DNA of 64,000 bases from a bacterium. GTDB lineage: Bacteria; Zhuqueibacterota; Zhuqueibacteria; Residuimicrobiales; Krinioviventaceae. Where the stretch lies: the NCBI GenBank assembly GCA_963693055.1, contig OY843751.1, positions 5,184,001-5,248,000 of the forward strand, in the 5' to 3' direction. The position numbers were made by a program, and so were the translations under genes. A model generated the notes under the pieces. That model searched no databases and was not told the DNA's origin. It saw nothing but the letters and a program-made list of their open reading frames with translations. How positions within the stretch are numbered: position 1 is the stretch's first letter; each line of letters opens with the position of its first letter. This document shows positions 45,888-56,041 of this stretch, in pieces.

Positions 45888-47164
45888 AAAATTTTACCTG
45901 TCATAAACTGATCATTAATATTAACCAACTCGACCGGAACAATCCGGTTATATAAATTCAAATCCGTATCTACTTTAACATGAACAAAAGTATCGGTATG
46001 TCCCTGCCAAAGACCCTTTTTATTATGCTCAAATAATACATATTCAACTTTACCAATCTGATTATTCAAATATTTCTTTCTTTTTTGTTGTGACAAGTTA
46101 CGCAAAACCTGATTACGTTTCTTTATAGTCTCCTTGTCTACTTTACCAGGCAATTTTCTGCTTCTGGCGTGATCTCTATCTGAATAACTGAATACATGAA
46201 AATATGTAAAAGGCAGAGATTTCATAAATTCAAATGTATCATCAAAATCAGAATCCGTTTCACCGGGGAAACCAACAATCACATCCGTGCCCAGACATAT
46301 ATCCTGTACCTGAGTGTAAGCGAGATTCAAAAAATCTGCAAATTCATTTATAGTATATTTTCGGTTCATTAATTCAAGAATCTTGTCACTTCCACTCTGG
46401 AGAGAAATATGCAAAAACCTGCACAATTTTCGATCTTTTGCCATAAATGCAAGCAGATCGCGTGGAAACGTTGTAGCCTCAATAGATGAGATTCGAATTC
46501 GTTCTAAACCGGGTACATTTTCAAGAACTGCTATAACATCCGTAATATTTTTGTCTTCATAAGAATAGGTACCTACATTGATCCCTGTCAGAACCAGTTC
46601 TTTATGACCAGCCTGTGCCAGTATCCCGGCTTCGTGTACCAGATCATCAAATACACGGCTGCGGGCCAATCCACGGGCAAAGGGAATTTCACAATAGCTG
46701 CAAAAATAATCACACCCATCCTGTATTTTCAGGTTGGCGCGTGTGTGTGTTTTATCAATACCGGCAACAGGGATTGTAAAACTTTTACGCTGAATTCTGG
46801 GTGTAAATACTCCCGGCTCATTCAAATGTTCAAGAAGGAAACGGGGTAGCTCCATCTTGATCTCATTACCAACAACCCAAGAAACCCCCGGCATATCCAA
46901 AAGTTTCTCTTTTTGTGTCTGTGCCTGGCACCCCACCAGAGCAATCTGCGCTTGAGGATTTTCCCTGCGAATGCGATTGACAACTTTGCGTGTTTCGGCA
47001 TCTCCGTTCTCGGTAACGGTGCAGGTATTAACAACCACCAGATCTGAAGTCTGACCAAAATTTACATAGGTAAACCCTTCCTGCTCAAACGCTTGTTGTA
47101 AAATTGCGGTTTCGGCCTGATTTAACCGGCACCCTATTGTAAAAAAAGAAACTGATTTATTCAT
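45884..47164 (-). CDS. mtaB: tRNA t6A37 methylthiotransferase MtaB
   Basis: TIGCRLNQAET, NTCTVT..D, RANLKIQDGCDYFCSYCEIPFARG, VLTGINVG, RIRISSIE. Confidence 0.9.
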   Translation of the reverse strand: MNKSVSFFTIGCRLNQAETAILQQAFEQEGFTYVNFGQTSDLVVVNTCTVTENGDAETRKVVNRIRRENPQAQIALVGCQAQTQKEKLLDMPGVSWVVGNEIKMELPRFLLEHLNEPGVFTPRIQRKSFTIPVAGIDKTHTRANLKIQDGCDYFCSYCEIPFARGLARSRVFDDLVHEAGILAQAGHKELVLTGINVGTYSYEDKNITDVIAVLENVPGLERIRISSIEATTFPRDLLAFMAKDRKLCRFLHISLQSGSDKILELMNRKYTINEFADFLNLAYTQVQDICLGTDVIVGFPGETDSDFDDTFEFMKSLPFTYFHVFSYSDRDHARSRKLPGKVDKETIKKRNQVLRNLSQQKRKKYLNNQIGKVEYVLFEHNKKGLWQGHTDTFVHVKVDTDLNLYNRIVPVELVNINDQFMTGKIL

Positions 47165-47190
47165 ACTGTACCAATATCACATGAACAGTA

Positions 47191-47219
47191 AATGTAACAA
47201 CATGAAAGAGTAAATGCAA
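47191..47219 (-). promoter_or_regulatory. Possible sigma70 promoter for mtaB-miaB-phoH2
   Basis: TTGCAT-17 nt-TACATT with a TG extension on the minus strand. Confidence 0.35.
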
Positions 47220-47284
47220 TTAAAAGTTGTATTAAGAAGATCCTGAAAGATATATTCCTGCAACTGAAAATCCTTACACAAAAA

Positions 47285-47728
47285 TCAGGAATGATTGTAA
47301 TATTTGCCAAGAATTTGCCAGATGGTTTCAAATGATTCTGTTAAAACTTTTTGCTCCTTGTCTTCCAACGGCTCAAGTAATCTGTCAAACAATTCAATCA
47401 TATCATTTTGCCGCTTTCGCAGCACCTGTTCTCCATCATCAGACAGCACAAGATATGACTGCCTACGATCAGGACCGTTCTGCGTCTTTTTTAAATAACC
47501 GGATTCCACCATTCTGTTTGCCAGTTCAGTACCCGTTGATGCTGCCAGACCAAGCTGTTTGCAAAAATCAGATATTGACAATTGCCCACTGGCGCTTGTG
47601 ATAATCATGGCTTGATATTGACGCATGGTCAAATGTTCACCATCTGAATGTTTTCGGCCAAGATGGTGAAATGCGCCCATAATTTTGGGCGCAACCCGGG
47701 CTAATCTTTCGGCTTCAAATTTAGACAT
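47285..47728 (-). CDS. MarR family transcriptional regulator
   Basis: LTMRQYQ, ST.T.L.NRMVESGYLKK....DRR..YLVLSD.G. Confidence 0.9.
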   Translation of the reverse strand: MSKFEAERLARVAPKIMGAFHHLGRKHSDGEHLTMRQYQAMIITSASGQLSISDFCKQLGLAASTGTELANRMVESGYLKKTQNGPDRRQSYLVLSDDGEQVLRKRQNDMIELFDRLLEPLEDKEQKVLTESFETIWQILGKYYNHS

Positions 47729-47734
47729 AATCCC

Positions 47735-49873
47735 TTAAATGTTATAATCAAAAGTTACAAACACCCGGCGTCCTACAAACGGACCATATATCTCATCCTT
47801 ATAATCCGTGAGATTGGTTACACCGGCACGAACACTGATATTTCTGTTTAATATATAATTTGCAGAAAAGTCTAACAGATTATAGGCATCATGCTTTTGC
47901 AATGCGTCAATATACTCTCCTGCATCTGCATCAAATATCTGCACATCATGTTTGCCCCAAAATTGATCTCGTACAGACAAACTGAGTTTATTTGCAAACA
48001 TTCTATATTCTACCCTGAACGATGCCGTATGCGGTGCAATATTGGTTACAGTATACTTGCCAGCTTCCTGGTCGACATTGGAATAATTATATGCAATAAT
48101 AGTTGTTAAATTCGTCATTAGGTAATAACGTGCCTGCAATTCCGCTCCAGAATAGGTTGCTTTATCAATATTTCGATAGCTTATTACACCCGGTGACAGC
48201 ATGGTATCGTTAATGAGATTTTCAAATTCGTTTCTAAATCCCATTACTGATAGCATCATTTTTTGTGTCAATATATACTCAAAGCCGGCATTGAACCCTG
48301 TCGATTCTTCAGGCTTCAGATCAGGATTCCCCTGAATAAAAAATCCGGAACCAAAGGGTACAAAGTAATTAATATACAAGTCCGTAAAAGAGGGCAGACG
48401 GAAACCCTTTCCCCACGATGCACGAAGTTTTAGATCCGGGGTTAGATTATACATTCCACTGATACGGGGACTGAAAAAACCATCCACATCTGTTACCTTG
48501 TCATACCGCCCGCCGGCAACAACTTTGAACCGCGGTATGGGACGAACATTCAACTGGGCAAACACACCATGCTGGTCGCGTTCAATTTCATTATAGATAC
48601 GATCAGATTCATAAGTGTCTTGAATATAGTCATACCCCCAATCAATAGAATATCTGCCTGAAAAAGTATAGGTAAAGTCGGATTTCGCTCCCAGAAGCAT
48701 TTCTGTGGTTGTATCTATAGTTACAGCAGAAACCGGAACCGGTATATATTGCAAAACCTCTTTGTTCATGATTTCACTTTTTAATTCTTTAATATAGTCG
48801 GATCCGAATCCGTTGATCCGCCAACTCAGGTTATCATATTGATGGTTCCACAACATACTTATATTCCTTCGGTCAGCCTGAGAGTTAAAGGTATAATCCA
48901 GGCCATAACTATCCGTAGAATTGTATTCCATATCATCCGAACGCATATCGCCCTTTAGAACCCAATCACCCCATTGCTCGCTGCTCCAGCGTAATTTGGT
49001 ATTAAAGCCTTCATTGCTGATATTGGAAATATCTACAAAAGCTTCATTCTGTTCTATGCCGCCCTGGGTATGGACCACACCAAAAGCATAACCGGCATTT
49101 TGAGTCCCTCCTGAAAGGGTAAAATGACCACTCATCAAGTCACCGGAACCATATTTGCCGTGTGCGTTTAAATTCATCCCCTCTGTTACAGGATTCGTAA
49201 TCACATTGATCACCCCTCCCATGGCTTCGGTCCCATAAAGCGCTGAACCAGGACCTTTAACAATCTCAATATGATCAATATTATATGTTCCCAATTGACT
49301 GAGATCAATACGGTTGTTAACCTTGCCGGCTACCGGTATTCCATCTTCCAAAACAAGAATATGCTTGGCATCAATTCCATTTATATTCACATTTTGACCA
49401 GTAGAAGCACTGCTGGTCATTAAAAGTCCCGCACGATCTTGAATAGCCTCCGATACATTTTCCGCACCCCGTTCTTCTATATCCGCACGGGTCACAAGCT
49501 CGGTAACCACGGGGACATCATGGTTATAGGTCATATTTCGCGTTGCGGTAACTACAACCTGCTGGGTATAAAAAATATCTTTTGACAGATTAAAATCCAC
49601 AGAAACATCCTGGGATTGAACATCCACAACTCTGACCAGGTGTTCATATCCCATATAGCTGGCTTTAATACTCAATTTTCCGTTCGGAATATTTTCCAAA
49701 TGATAATAACCATTTTTATCGGTAACCGTGCCTCTGTCAGTTCCTTCTATTGTAATATTTGTATTTTCAAGTGGCAACCGCGTTAATACATCTTTAACAA
49801 TACCCTGAATATTACACAACCCCATACCTGCAAAAATTAATATATATACTGCGACTGTCCAAATATATCTCAT
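47735..49873 (-). CDS. TonB-dependent receptor (CirA/BtuB-like plug)
   Basis: VVVTATR, ILVLEDGIP, IDHIEIVKGPGSALYGTEAMGGVINVIT, GNPDLKPEES. Confidence 0.9.
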   Translation of the reverse strand: MRYIWTVAVYILIFAGMGLCNIQGIVKDVLTRLPLENTNITIEGTDRGTVTDKNGYYHLENIPNGKLSIKASYMGYEHLVRVVDVQSQDVSVDFNLSKDIFYTQQVVVTATRNMTYNHDVPVVTELVTRADIEERGAENVSEAIQDRAGLLMTSSASTGQNVNINGIDAKHILVLEDGIPVAGKVNNRIDLSQLGTYNIDHIEIVKGPGSALYGTEAMGGVINVITNPVTEGMNLNAHGKYGSGDLMSGHFTLSGGTQNAGYAFGVVHTQGGIEQNEAFVDISNISNEGFNTKLRWSSEQWGDWVLKGDMRSDDMEYNSTDSYGLDYTFNSQADRRNISMLWNHQYDNLSWRINGFGSDYIKELKSEIMNKEVLQYIPVPVSAVTIDTTTEMLLGAKSDFTYTFSGRYSIDWGYDYIQDTYESDRIYNEIERDQHGVFAQLNVRPIPRFKVVAGGRYDKVTDVDGFFSPRISGMYNLTPDLKLRASWGKGFRLPSFTDLYINYFVPFGSGFFIQGNPDLKPEESTGFNAGFEYILTQKMMLSVMGFRNEFENLINDTMLSPGVISYRNIDKATYSGAELQARYYLMTNLTTIIAYNYSNVDQEAGKYTVTNIAPHTASFRVEYRMFANKLSLSVRDQFWGKHDVQIFDADAGEYIDALQKHDAYNLLDFSANYILNRNISVRAGVTNLTDYKDEIYGPFVGRRVFVTFDYNI

Positions 49874-49895
49874 CGTGCTACCTCGCCTATTAATT

Positions 49896-49915
49896 TACTT
49901 CGTAAGTACGAAATA
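49896..49915. promoter_or_regulatory. Candidate MarR operator
   Basis: TACTTCGTA-AG-TACGAAATA near-perfect palindrome about 22 nt upstream of the receptor-marR operon. Confidence 0.5.
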
Positions 49916-50070
49916 TAATATTTACCAAATTTGCATTCAAGAAAAACTTGAATTTTAAAGCAAACCAAACGCAAATCAAAGCAATATTTTCCCTTGTAAA
50001 TCACAATAAATGGTTTAATTTAAGAATAGAAAAAAATGGCTTGAAATTATAAATAAACGGAGAATAACAG

Positions 50071-51885
50071 ATGGCACAGACAAGTGATATTAAAATGAAT
50101 GCACCGCAAAAACGTTTGCGCGGTTCACTTCCCAAGGTTGGCATTCGGCCGGTCATTGACGGTCGTATGAACGGTGTACGCGAATCTTTGGAAGATCAGA
50201 CGATGAATATGGCAAAAGCGGCAGCAAAGTTGATTACTGACAATTTACGTCATCCCAATGGGTTGCCGGTTGAATGTGTTATTGCCGATACTACTATTGG
50301 CCGGGTTGCAGAGGCTGCAGAATGTGCGGAAAAATTTGCTCGTGAAGGTGTTGGTGTTTCTCTTACTGTAACCCCTTGCTGGTGTTATGGTACCGAAGTT
50401 ATGGATACCGATCCGCTGATGCCAAAAGCAGTTTGGGGTTTTAATGGTACCGAACGGCCGGGAGCAGTTTATCTGGCTGCTGCCTTGGCAGGTTATACCC
50501 AAAAAGGTCTTCCGGCATTCAGTATTTATGGTCATGATGTACAAGACAATGATGATACCAGTGTACCCGACGACGTTAAAAGCAAACTTTTGAATTTTGT
50601 TAAAGCCGGTCTGGCTGTTGCAGAAATGCGCAATAAATCTTACCTGGCAATTGGTGGTGTTTCCATGGGTATTGCAGGATCAATTGTAGATCAGAGTTTT
50701 TTCCAGGACTATCTGGGTATGCGTAACGAAACTGTTGAATCGACAGAATTTATTCGTCGTATTGAACAGGGTATTTACGATAAAGAAGAATATGAAAAAG
50801 CATTAGCATGGGTTAAAACCAACTGTCCCGAAGGTGAAGACCTGAATGATGAAGATAAAAAACATGACCGTAAACTCAAAGACTGGGAATGGGAATATGT
50901 AGTAAAAATGACCCTGATTGCCCGCGACCTTATGATTGGTAACCCCAAACTTGCAGAAATGGGTTATGGCGAAGAAGCACTGGGGCACAATGCCATTGCA
51001 GCAGGATTCCAGGGACAACGTCAGTGGACCGATTATTTACCAAACGGTGATTTTCTTGAATCCATTCTCAATTCATCTTTTGACTGGAACGGCATCCGAG
51101 AAGCATATATTATGGCAACTGAAAATGACTGTTTAAACGGTGTTTCCATGCTGTTTGGACATCTGTTAACAGATACTGCTCAAATTTTCTCCGATGTTCG
51201 TACCTACTGGAGTCCGGATGCGGTTAAACGCGTAACCGGCAAAGCGCTTACAGGCAAAGCCAAAGATGGAATCATCCACTTGATCAATTCGGGTTCAACA
51301 ACTCTTGATGGCACCGGACGTCAGAAAAAAGATGGTGAATCTACAATGAAACCGTTCTGGGAAATTACTCCGGAAGAGGTTGGCGAATGTCTCGACGCAA
51401 CCAAATGGTGCCCGGCTAACCTGGGTTATTTCCGTGGTGGTGGTTATTCTTCACAGTTTAAAACTGTTGGTGAAATGCCTGTTACCATGAGCCGCATCAA
51501 CCTGGTAAAAGGTCTGGGACCCGTATTGCAGATTGCAGAAGGTTACACAGTTGACCTTCCAGAAGATGTACACACAATACTTGATCGCCGTACAGATCCC
51601 ACATGGCCAACCACATGGTTTGCCCCCAAATTGACGGGCAAAGGCCCCTTTGTAGATGTGTATAGTGTAATGGCAAACTGGGGCGCTAACCACGGTGCAA
51701 TCAGTTACGGCCATATTGGAGATAAACTGATCACCCTGGCATCTATGTTGAGAATTCCGGTCAATATGCACAATGTTGAACCTGAACGCATTTTCAGACC
51801 CAGCGCGTGGTCATCATTTGGAACAGATTCTCTCGAAGGTGCAGATTTCCGCGCTTGTGAGAATTTTGGACCACTTTACGCTTAA
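50071..51885 (+). CDS. fucI: L-fucose isomerase
   Basis: [58 protein letters not shown]. Confidence 0.97.
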   Translation: MAQTSDIKMNAPQKRLRGSLPKVGIRPVIDGRMNGVRESLEDQTMNMAKAAAKLITDNLRHPNGLPVECVIADTTIGRVAEAAECAEKFAREGVGVSLTVTPCWCYGTEVMDTDPLMPKAVWGFNGTERPGAVYLAAALAGYTQKGLPAFSIYGHDVQDNDDTSVPDDVKSKLLNFVKAGLAVAEMRNKSYLAIGGVSMGIAGSIVDQSFFQDYLGMRNETVESTEFIRRIEQGIYDKEEYEKALAWVKTNCPEGEDLNDEDKKHDRKLKDWEWEYVVKMTLIARDLMIGNPKLAEMGYGEEALGHNAIAAGFQGQRQWTDYLPNGDFLESILNSSFDWNGIREAYIMATENDCLNGVSMLFGHLLTDTAQIFSDVRTYWSPDAVKRVTGKALTGKAKDGIIHLINSGSTTLDGTGRQKKDGESTMKPFWEITPEEVGECLDATKWCPANLGYFRGGGYSSQFKTVGEMPVTMSRINLVKGLGPVLQIAEGYTVDLPEDVHTILDRRTDPTWPTTWFAPKLTGKGPFVDVYSVMANWGANHGAISYGHIGDKLITLASMLRIPVNMHNVEPERIFRPSAWSSFGTDSLEGADFRACENFGPLYA

Positions 51886-51905
51886 TTTTGGATTTGGAGT
51901 CGTTT

Positions 51906-53081
51906 GTGACACAAAAAATACGGATTGGTGTTTTGTTTGGCGGCAGATCTGCTGAGCATCAAGTTTCGCTTGTATCAGCAGGTTCTGTCATGAAAGCACT
52001 TGATCCACAAAAATATGAAATTGTTCCGATTGGTATTTCTCCGGCTGGCGAGTGGCTGGCCGGAGAAAATGCCCTAAGATTATTAAAAGAAAATAAATCA
52101 GGCAACAAAGTCTATTTAACACCTGACCCTACGGTCCGTTCTCTGGTCACTACCGGAGAAAATGATCTGTTGGCATTGGGTCAGGAAAAAACTTTGGATG
52201 TTATTTTCCCGGTTCTGCATGGCACCTTTGGCGAAGATGGCACCTTGCAGGGCCTGCTAGAGCTTGCCAATATTCCCTATGTGGGAGCAGGTGTATTAGG
52301 CTCATCTCTTAGCATGGATAAAATCACACAAAAACTGGTGTGTGAACAGGCAGGCTTGCCCATTGCCGACTATGTCTGGTTCAGAGATGTAGACTGGAAC
52401 CACTCTCCATCAGATCCAAAAGTACCGGCATTGCAAAATCATATAGCCAATCTTGACCAGGAGAACATCCTGGATCGTGTTGAGCAAACGTTGGGCTTTC
52501 CTGTATTTGCAAAACCCCCCAATATGGGTTCAAGTGTAGGCATTTCCAAAGCTCATGACCGGAAAGAATTAAAAGACGCCATCAATCTTGCGTTACGTTA
52601 CGATACCAAAGTAGCCATTGAAAAAGCAGTACCCAATGCCAGAGAGATCGAAATCAGTGTACTGGGGAACGAATATCCTAAAGCATCGGTATGCGGTGAA
52701 ATCATACCTTCTAACGAATTTTATGATTACGATGCTAAATATGTAGACGGCAGCAGCGACCTGCTCATTCCTGCACCGTTGTCAGACTCTCTTTCGCAGG
52801 CAATACAAGACACTGCAATTAAAAGTGTTCTTGCTGTAGGCGTCGATGGCATGGCCAGGGTAGACTTTTTATTGCAAAAGAATACAGATACTTTTTTTCT
52901 GAACGAGATTAATACCATACCGGGATTTACACAGATCAGTATGTATCCCAAATTGTGGCAGGCCACCGGAATTGAATACGGGGAACTTTTAGACACGCTT
53001 GTACAACTTGCCATTGACAGACACAAAAAAAGAAGCGGCTTGAATACAGCCTATACACCCAAATCAGAATGGTATAAATAA
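51906..53081 (+). CDS. ddl: D-alanine--D-alanine ligase
   Basis: GGRSAEHQVSL, FPVLHGTFGEDG, GSSVGI, FYDYDAKY, NEINTIPGFT. GTG start follows GGAG. Confidence 0.95.
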   Translation: MTQKIRIGVLFGGRSAEHQVSLVSAGSVMKALDPQKYEIVPIGISPAGEWLAGENALRLLKENKSGNKVYLTPDPTVRSLVTTGENDLLALGQEKTLDVIFPVLHGTFGEDGTLQGLLELANIPYVGAGVLGSSLSMDKITQKLVCEQAGLPIADYVWFRDVDWNHSPSDPKVPALQNHIANLDQENILDRVEQTLGFPVFAKPPNMGSSVGISKAHDRKELKDAINLALRYDTKVAIEKAVPNAREIEISVLGNEYPKASVCGEIIPSNEFYDYDAKYVDGSSDLLIPAPLSDSLSQAIQDTAIKSVLAVGVDGMARVDFLLQKNTDTFFLNEINTIPGFTQISMYPKLWQATGIEYGELLDTLVQLAIDRHKKRSGLNTAYTPKSEWYK

Positions 53082-53105
53082 TTATACTCAAATCCGGATG
53101 CTGGC

Positions 53106-55277
53106 ATGACAGATAATTTTATTCAGCGTGTGGCCCGGGGGGTCATAATCGGAATTTTGGCCTCGGCATCTGTCTGGGCCATTACTTTATGGTTATGGCC
53201 CGGTGTATTTGATGCATTCGAATCACGCTCTCTCGATATCCGCTATCGGGCAAGGCTTGGTTCACTCTGGCAGGAACGAAACGGTGCTCCTATCGACGAC
53301 ATCATCATTATCGATATTGACAATCGCAGCCTGGATAAATTGGGCCAGTTTAACCAGTGGCCGCGGACCTACCACGCCCGTCTGGTTGATTATGCTACAC
53401 AAGGCGGCGCTCTGGCTGTAGGATTTGACCTTTTATTTCTCGAACCCCAGCGTGACGAATCAGAAGACCAGGAGCTTCTCAAGGCAACCATAAATAATTC
53501 CAACGTTCATCACGCATTGACTTTTTCATCCGCAGAGCCGGATGCATTCCTGTATCCCATGGACGCTCCACCCGAAGGATTTAACGCAGACCGATTCACC
53601 CTGCCCGCCAATCAATACAACTATGATTTTATTACCATGGACCGTTTTGACGGAAAAATGGTAGACTTGTATAATGCCGCTGCCGGTGTAGGCTATGCAA
53701 ATTTTTCCCCTGACAATGACAGTGTAATCCGCTATATGCCCATGTATATCAAATTTGCAGACCAGCTATATCCTTCATTTTCTTTATCAATAGTATTAGG
53801 GGCCCTGGGTGCCAGTACAAAAAATATAGAATTCACCTCCAAAGGCATGTTGATCCATCCACCCGGCGCTGAAGGGCAGACCGCATTACAAATCCCCCTG
53901 AGAGAAAAGACTAAAATGCTCATCAATTACCAGGGGACCTTTCAAACATTTCGATACATCTCGTATTACGATGCGTTGATGCAGCGTGTGCCCAAAGAGG
54001 TCTTTAACGGGCGTATTGTTTTGGTGGGTACCTCGGCAGCGGGACTATCAGACATTCGTCCTGTACCTTTTCAGGATGCCTTCCCGGGTGTTGAAATACA
54101 TGCAAACATAATCCACAATATACTGACCCAAAATTTCATCCGTCAACCCAACCTGTTTTTTTCTGTAATTAGTATTATTCTCATTGCGGCAATAATCTCG
54201 TTTTTCGGAATATATCTAAAACCACTAAAAAGTTCAGTCATTACCATTTCGGTACTGGGTATTTACGCTTATCTCTCGGTTGCCCTGTTCAGCCAATACG
54301 GCTATTGGATGGAAATGGTCAGACCCATGATGGCAATTCTGCTGGCATATCTGTTTGTGTTCATGTACCGTTTTATGCACGAAGAGCGAGATAAACAGAA
54401 ATTAAAAAACATGTTTAAACATTATGTAACCGCATCGGTAGTTGATGAAATGCTGCAAAATCCTGAATTGCTTAAACTGGGTGGAGACAGAAGATACGCA
54501 ACAGCACTTTTTACAGATATTGAAAGTTTTACCACTATTTCGGAAAACATGCAGCCTGAAAAAATGGTGTCTCATCTTAATGAATACCTTACCGCAATGA
54601 CCAATATAATATTGAAATATGAAGGCTATCTCGATAAATACGAGGGCGATGCCATAATGGCTATCTTTGGTGTGCCGGTTGAGCAGCCGGACCATACCAA
54701 ACGTGCCTGCCGGGCAGCTCTGGATATGCAGAATGAACTTGAAATATTACGTAAAAAATGGAAATTCGCCGGTAAACCCCAGTTTCATACGCGGGTGGGT
54801 ATCAATTCCGGTAGTATGATTGCAGGGAACATTGGAGGGACAGAACGGTTTGATTATACAGTAATTGGCGATTCTGTAAACCTGGCATCTCGACTTGAAG
54901 GAGTAAATCGCAGTTATGGAACATCTATCATCATCAGCGAGTATACCCGTAATGAACTGGATGAACCCTTTGTTGTACGTGAACTTGACCAGATTCGAGT
55001 AAAAGGCAAGCACAAACCGGTCCGCATTTATGAACTGTTAAAATATCAAGAAAACAGCCTTTCATCAGAGATACAGAAATTGTTAAAAGACTATGCAGAC
55101 GGACTGGAATACTATCGAGAAAAACAATGGCAGCAGGCCATAGCTCAATTTAACAAAGTATTGGCAATAAAAGAAAATGACATCCCGTCAACTTTATTTA
55201 TTGAACGGTGTCAATATTTTATGGAGCACCCAATTCCAGAAAACTGGGATGGCGTGTTTGATATGCAAACCAAATAA
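53106..55277 (+). CDS. CHASE2-domain class III adenylate/guanylate cyclase
   Basis: IIDID..SL..LGQ..QWPR, FPGVEIHANI; FTDIESFT, DKYEGDAIMA, DYTVIGDSVNLASRLE. Confidence 0.9.
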   Translation: MTDNFIQRVARGVIIGILASASVWAITLWLWPGVFDAFESRSLDIRYRARLGSLWQERNGAPIDDIIIIDIDNRSLDKLGQFNQWPRTYHARLVDYATQGGALAVGFDLLFLEPQRDESEDQELLKATINNSNVHHALTFSSAEPDAFLYPMDAPPEGFNADRFTLPANQYNYDFITMDRFDGKMVDLYNAAAGVGYANFSPDNDSVIRYMPMYIKFADQLYPSFSLSIVLGALGASTKNIEFTSKGMLIHPPGAEGQTALQIPLREKTKMLINYQGTFQTFRYISYYDALMQRVPKEVFNGRIVLVGTSAAGLSDIRPVPFQDAFPGVEIHANIIHNILTQNFIRQPNLFFSVISIILIAAIISFFGIYLKPLKSSVITISVLGIYAYLSVALFSQYGYWMEMVRPMMAILLAYLFVFMYRFMHEERDKQKLKNMFKHYVTASVVDEMLQNPELLKLGGDRRYATALFTDIESFTTISENMQPEKMVSHLNEYLTAMTNIILKYEGYLDKYEGDAIMAIFGVPVEQPDHTKRACRAALDMQNELEILRKKWKFAGKPQFHTRVGINSGSMIAGNIGGTERFDYTVIGDSVNLASRLEGVNRSYGTSIIISEYTRNELDEPFVVRELDQIRVKGKHKPVRIYELLKYQENSLSSEIQKLLKDYADGLEYYREKQWQQAIAQFNKVLAIKENDIPSTLFIERCQYFMEHPIPENWDGVFDMQTK

Positions 55278-55285
55278 GGAACAAT

Positions 55286-56026
55286 ATGTCGAATATCATT
55301 TATGGTAGAAATCCGGTCATGGAATGGCTTTCTGCTGGAATGCCTGTAAAACAATTACTGATCAGTGCCGAACTCAAAGGCAGTACCATTCAAAACATTC
55401 TGGACATGGCAGCCAAGCAAAAAATCTCTGTCAAAAAAACCAGCAAATTCCAACTTGCACAAATAGCAGGTACAGAAAACCACCAGGGCATAGCCATAAA
55501 AACCGGGCCACCCCAATATGCAACACTGGATGCAATACTGGCTATTAGCGAAATACGAAACGAACCACCACTCATCGCAATTCTGGATGGAGTCCAGGAT
55601 CCTCATAATCTGGGTGCAATCATTCGTTCAGCCGATGGCGCGGGCATTCATGGCATTATTATCCCCAAAGACAATGCCGTTGATCTAACACCTACTGCTA
55701 TCAAATCTTCTGCAGGTGCTGCCGCACATGTGCCGGTTGCGCAGGTCACCAATCTCAACAGTGTCATCAAAGAGTTAAAAGATCGGGGTTTCTGGGTCTC
55801 GGGTGTAGACCAGGATGGAGACAAGGATTACGACAAGGCAGATTATAACGGACCAACCGTGCTGGTAATGGGCAGTGAAGGCAAAGGCATGCGCCGTCTT
55901 GTGAGAGAAAACTGCGATTTTATATTAAACATTCCTATGCATGGCAAAGTCAATTCTTTGAATGTCTCGGTTGCATCGGCGCTGGTCTTTTTTGAAGCCA
56001 GAAAGCATCGCTCACAATCCAAATAA
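55286..56026 (+). CDS. rlmB: 23S rRNA Gm2251 methyltransferase RlmB
   Basis: IYGRNPV, NHQGI, LDGVQDPHNLGAIIRSA, MGSEGKG, VNSLNVSVA. Confidence 0.93.
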   Translation: MSNIIYGRNPVMEWLSAGMPVKQLLISAELKGSTIQNILDMAAKQKISVKKTSKFQLAQIAGTENHQGIAIKTGPPQYATLDAILAISEIRNEPPLIAILDGVQDPHNLGAIIRSADGAGIHGIIIPKDNAVDLTPTAIKSSAGAAAHVPVAQVTNLNSVIKELKDRGFWVSGVDQDGDKDYDKADYNGPTVLVMGSEGKGMRRLVRENCDFILNIPMHGKVNSLNVSVASALVFFEARKHRSQSK

Positions 56027-56041
56027 CAGCGGGGTTGAAAA

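Noticed and set aside
50245-51771. Short antisense or alternate-frame ORFs here and throughout the ORF track
   Set aside because: Shadows of well-supported genes, with no RBS or family motifs.
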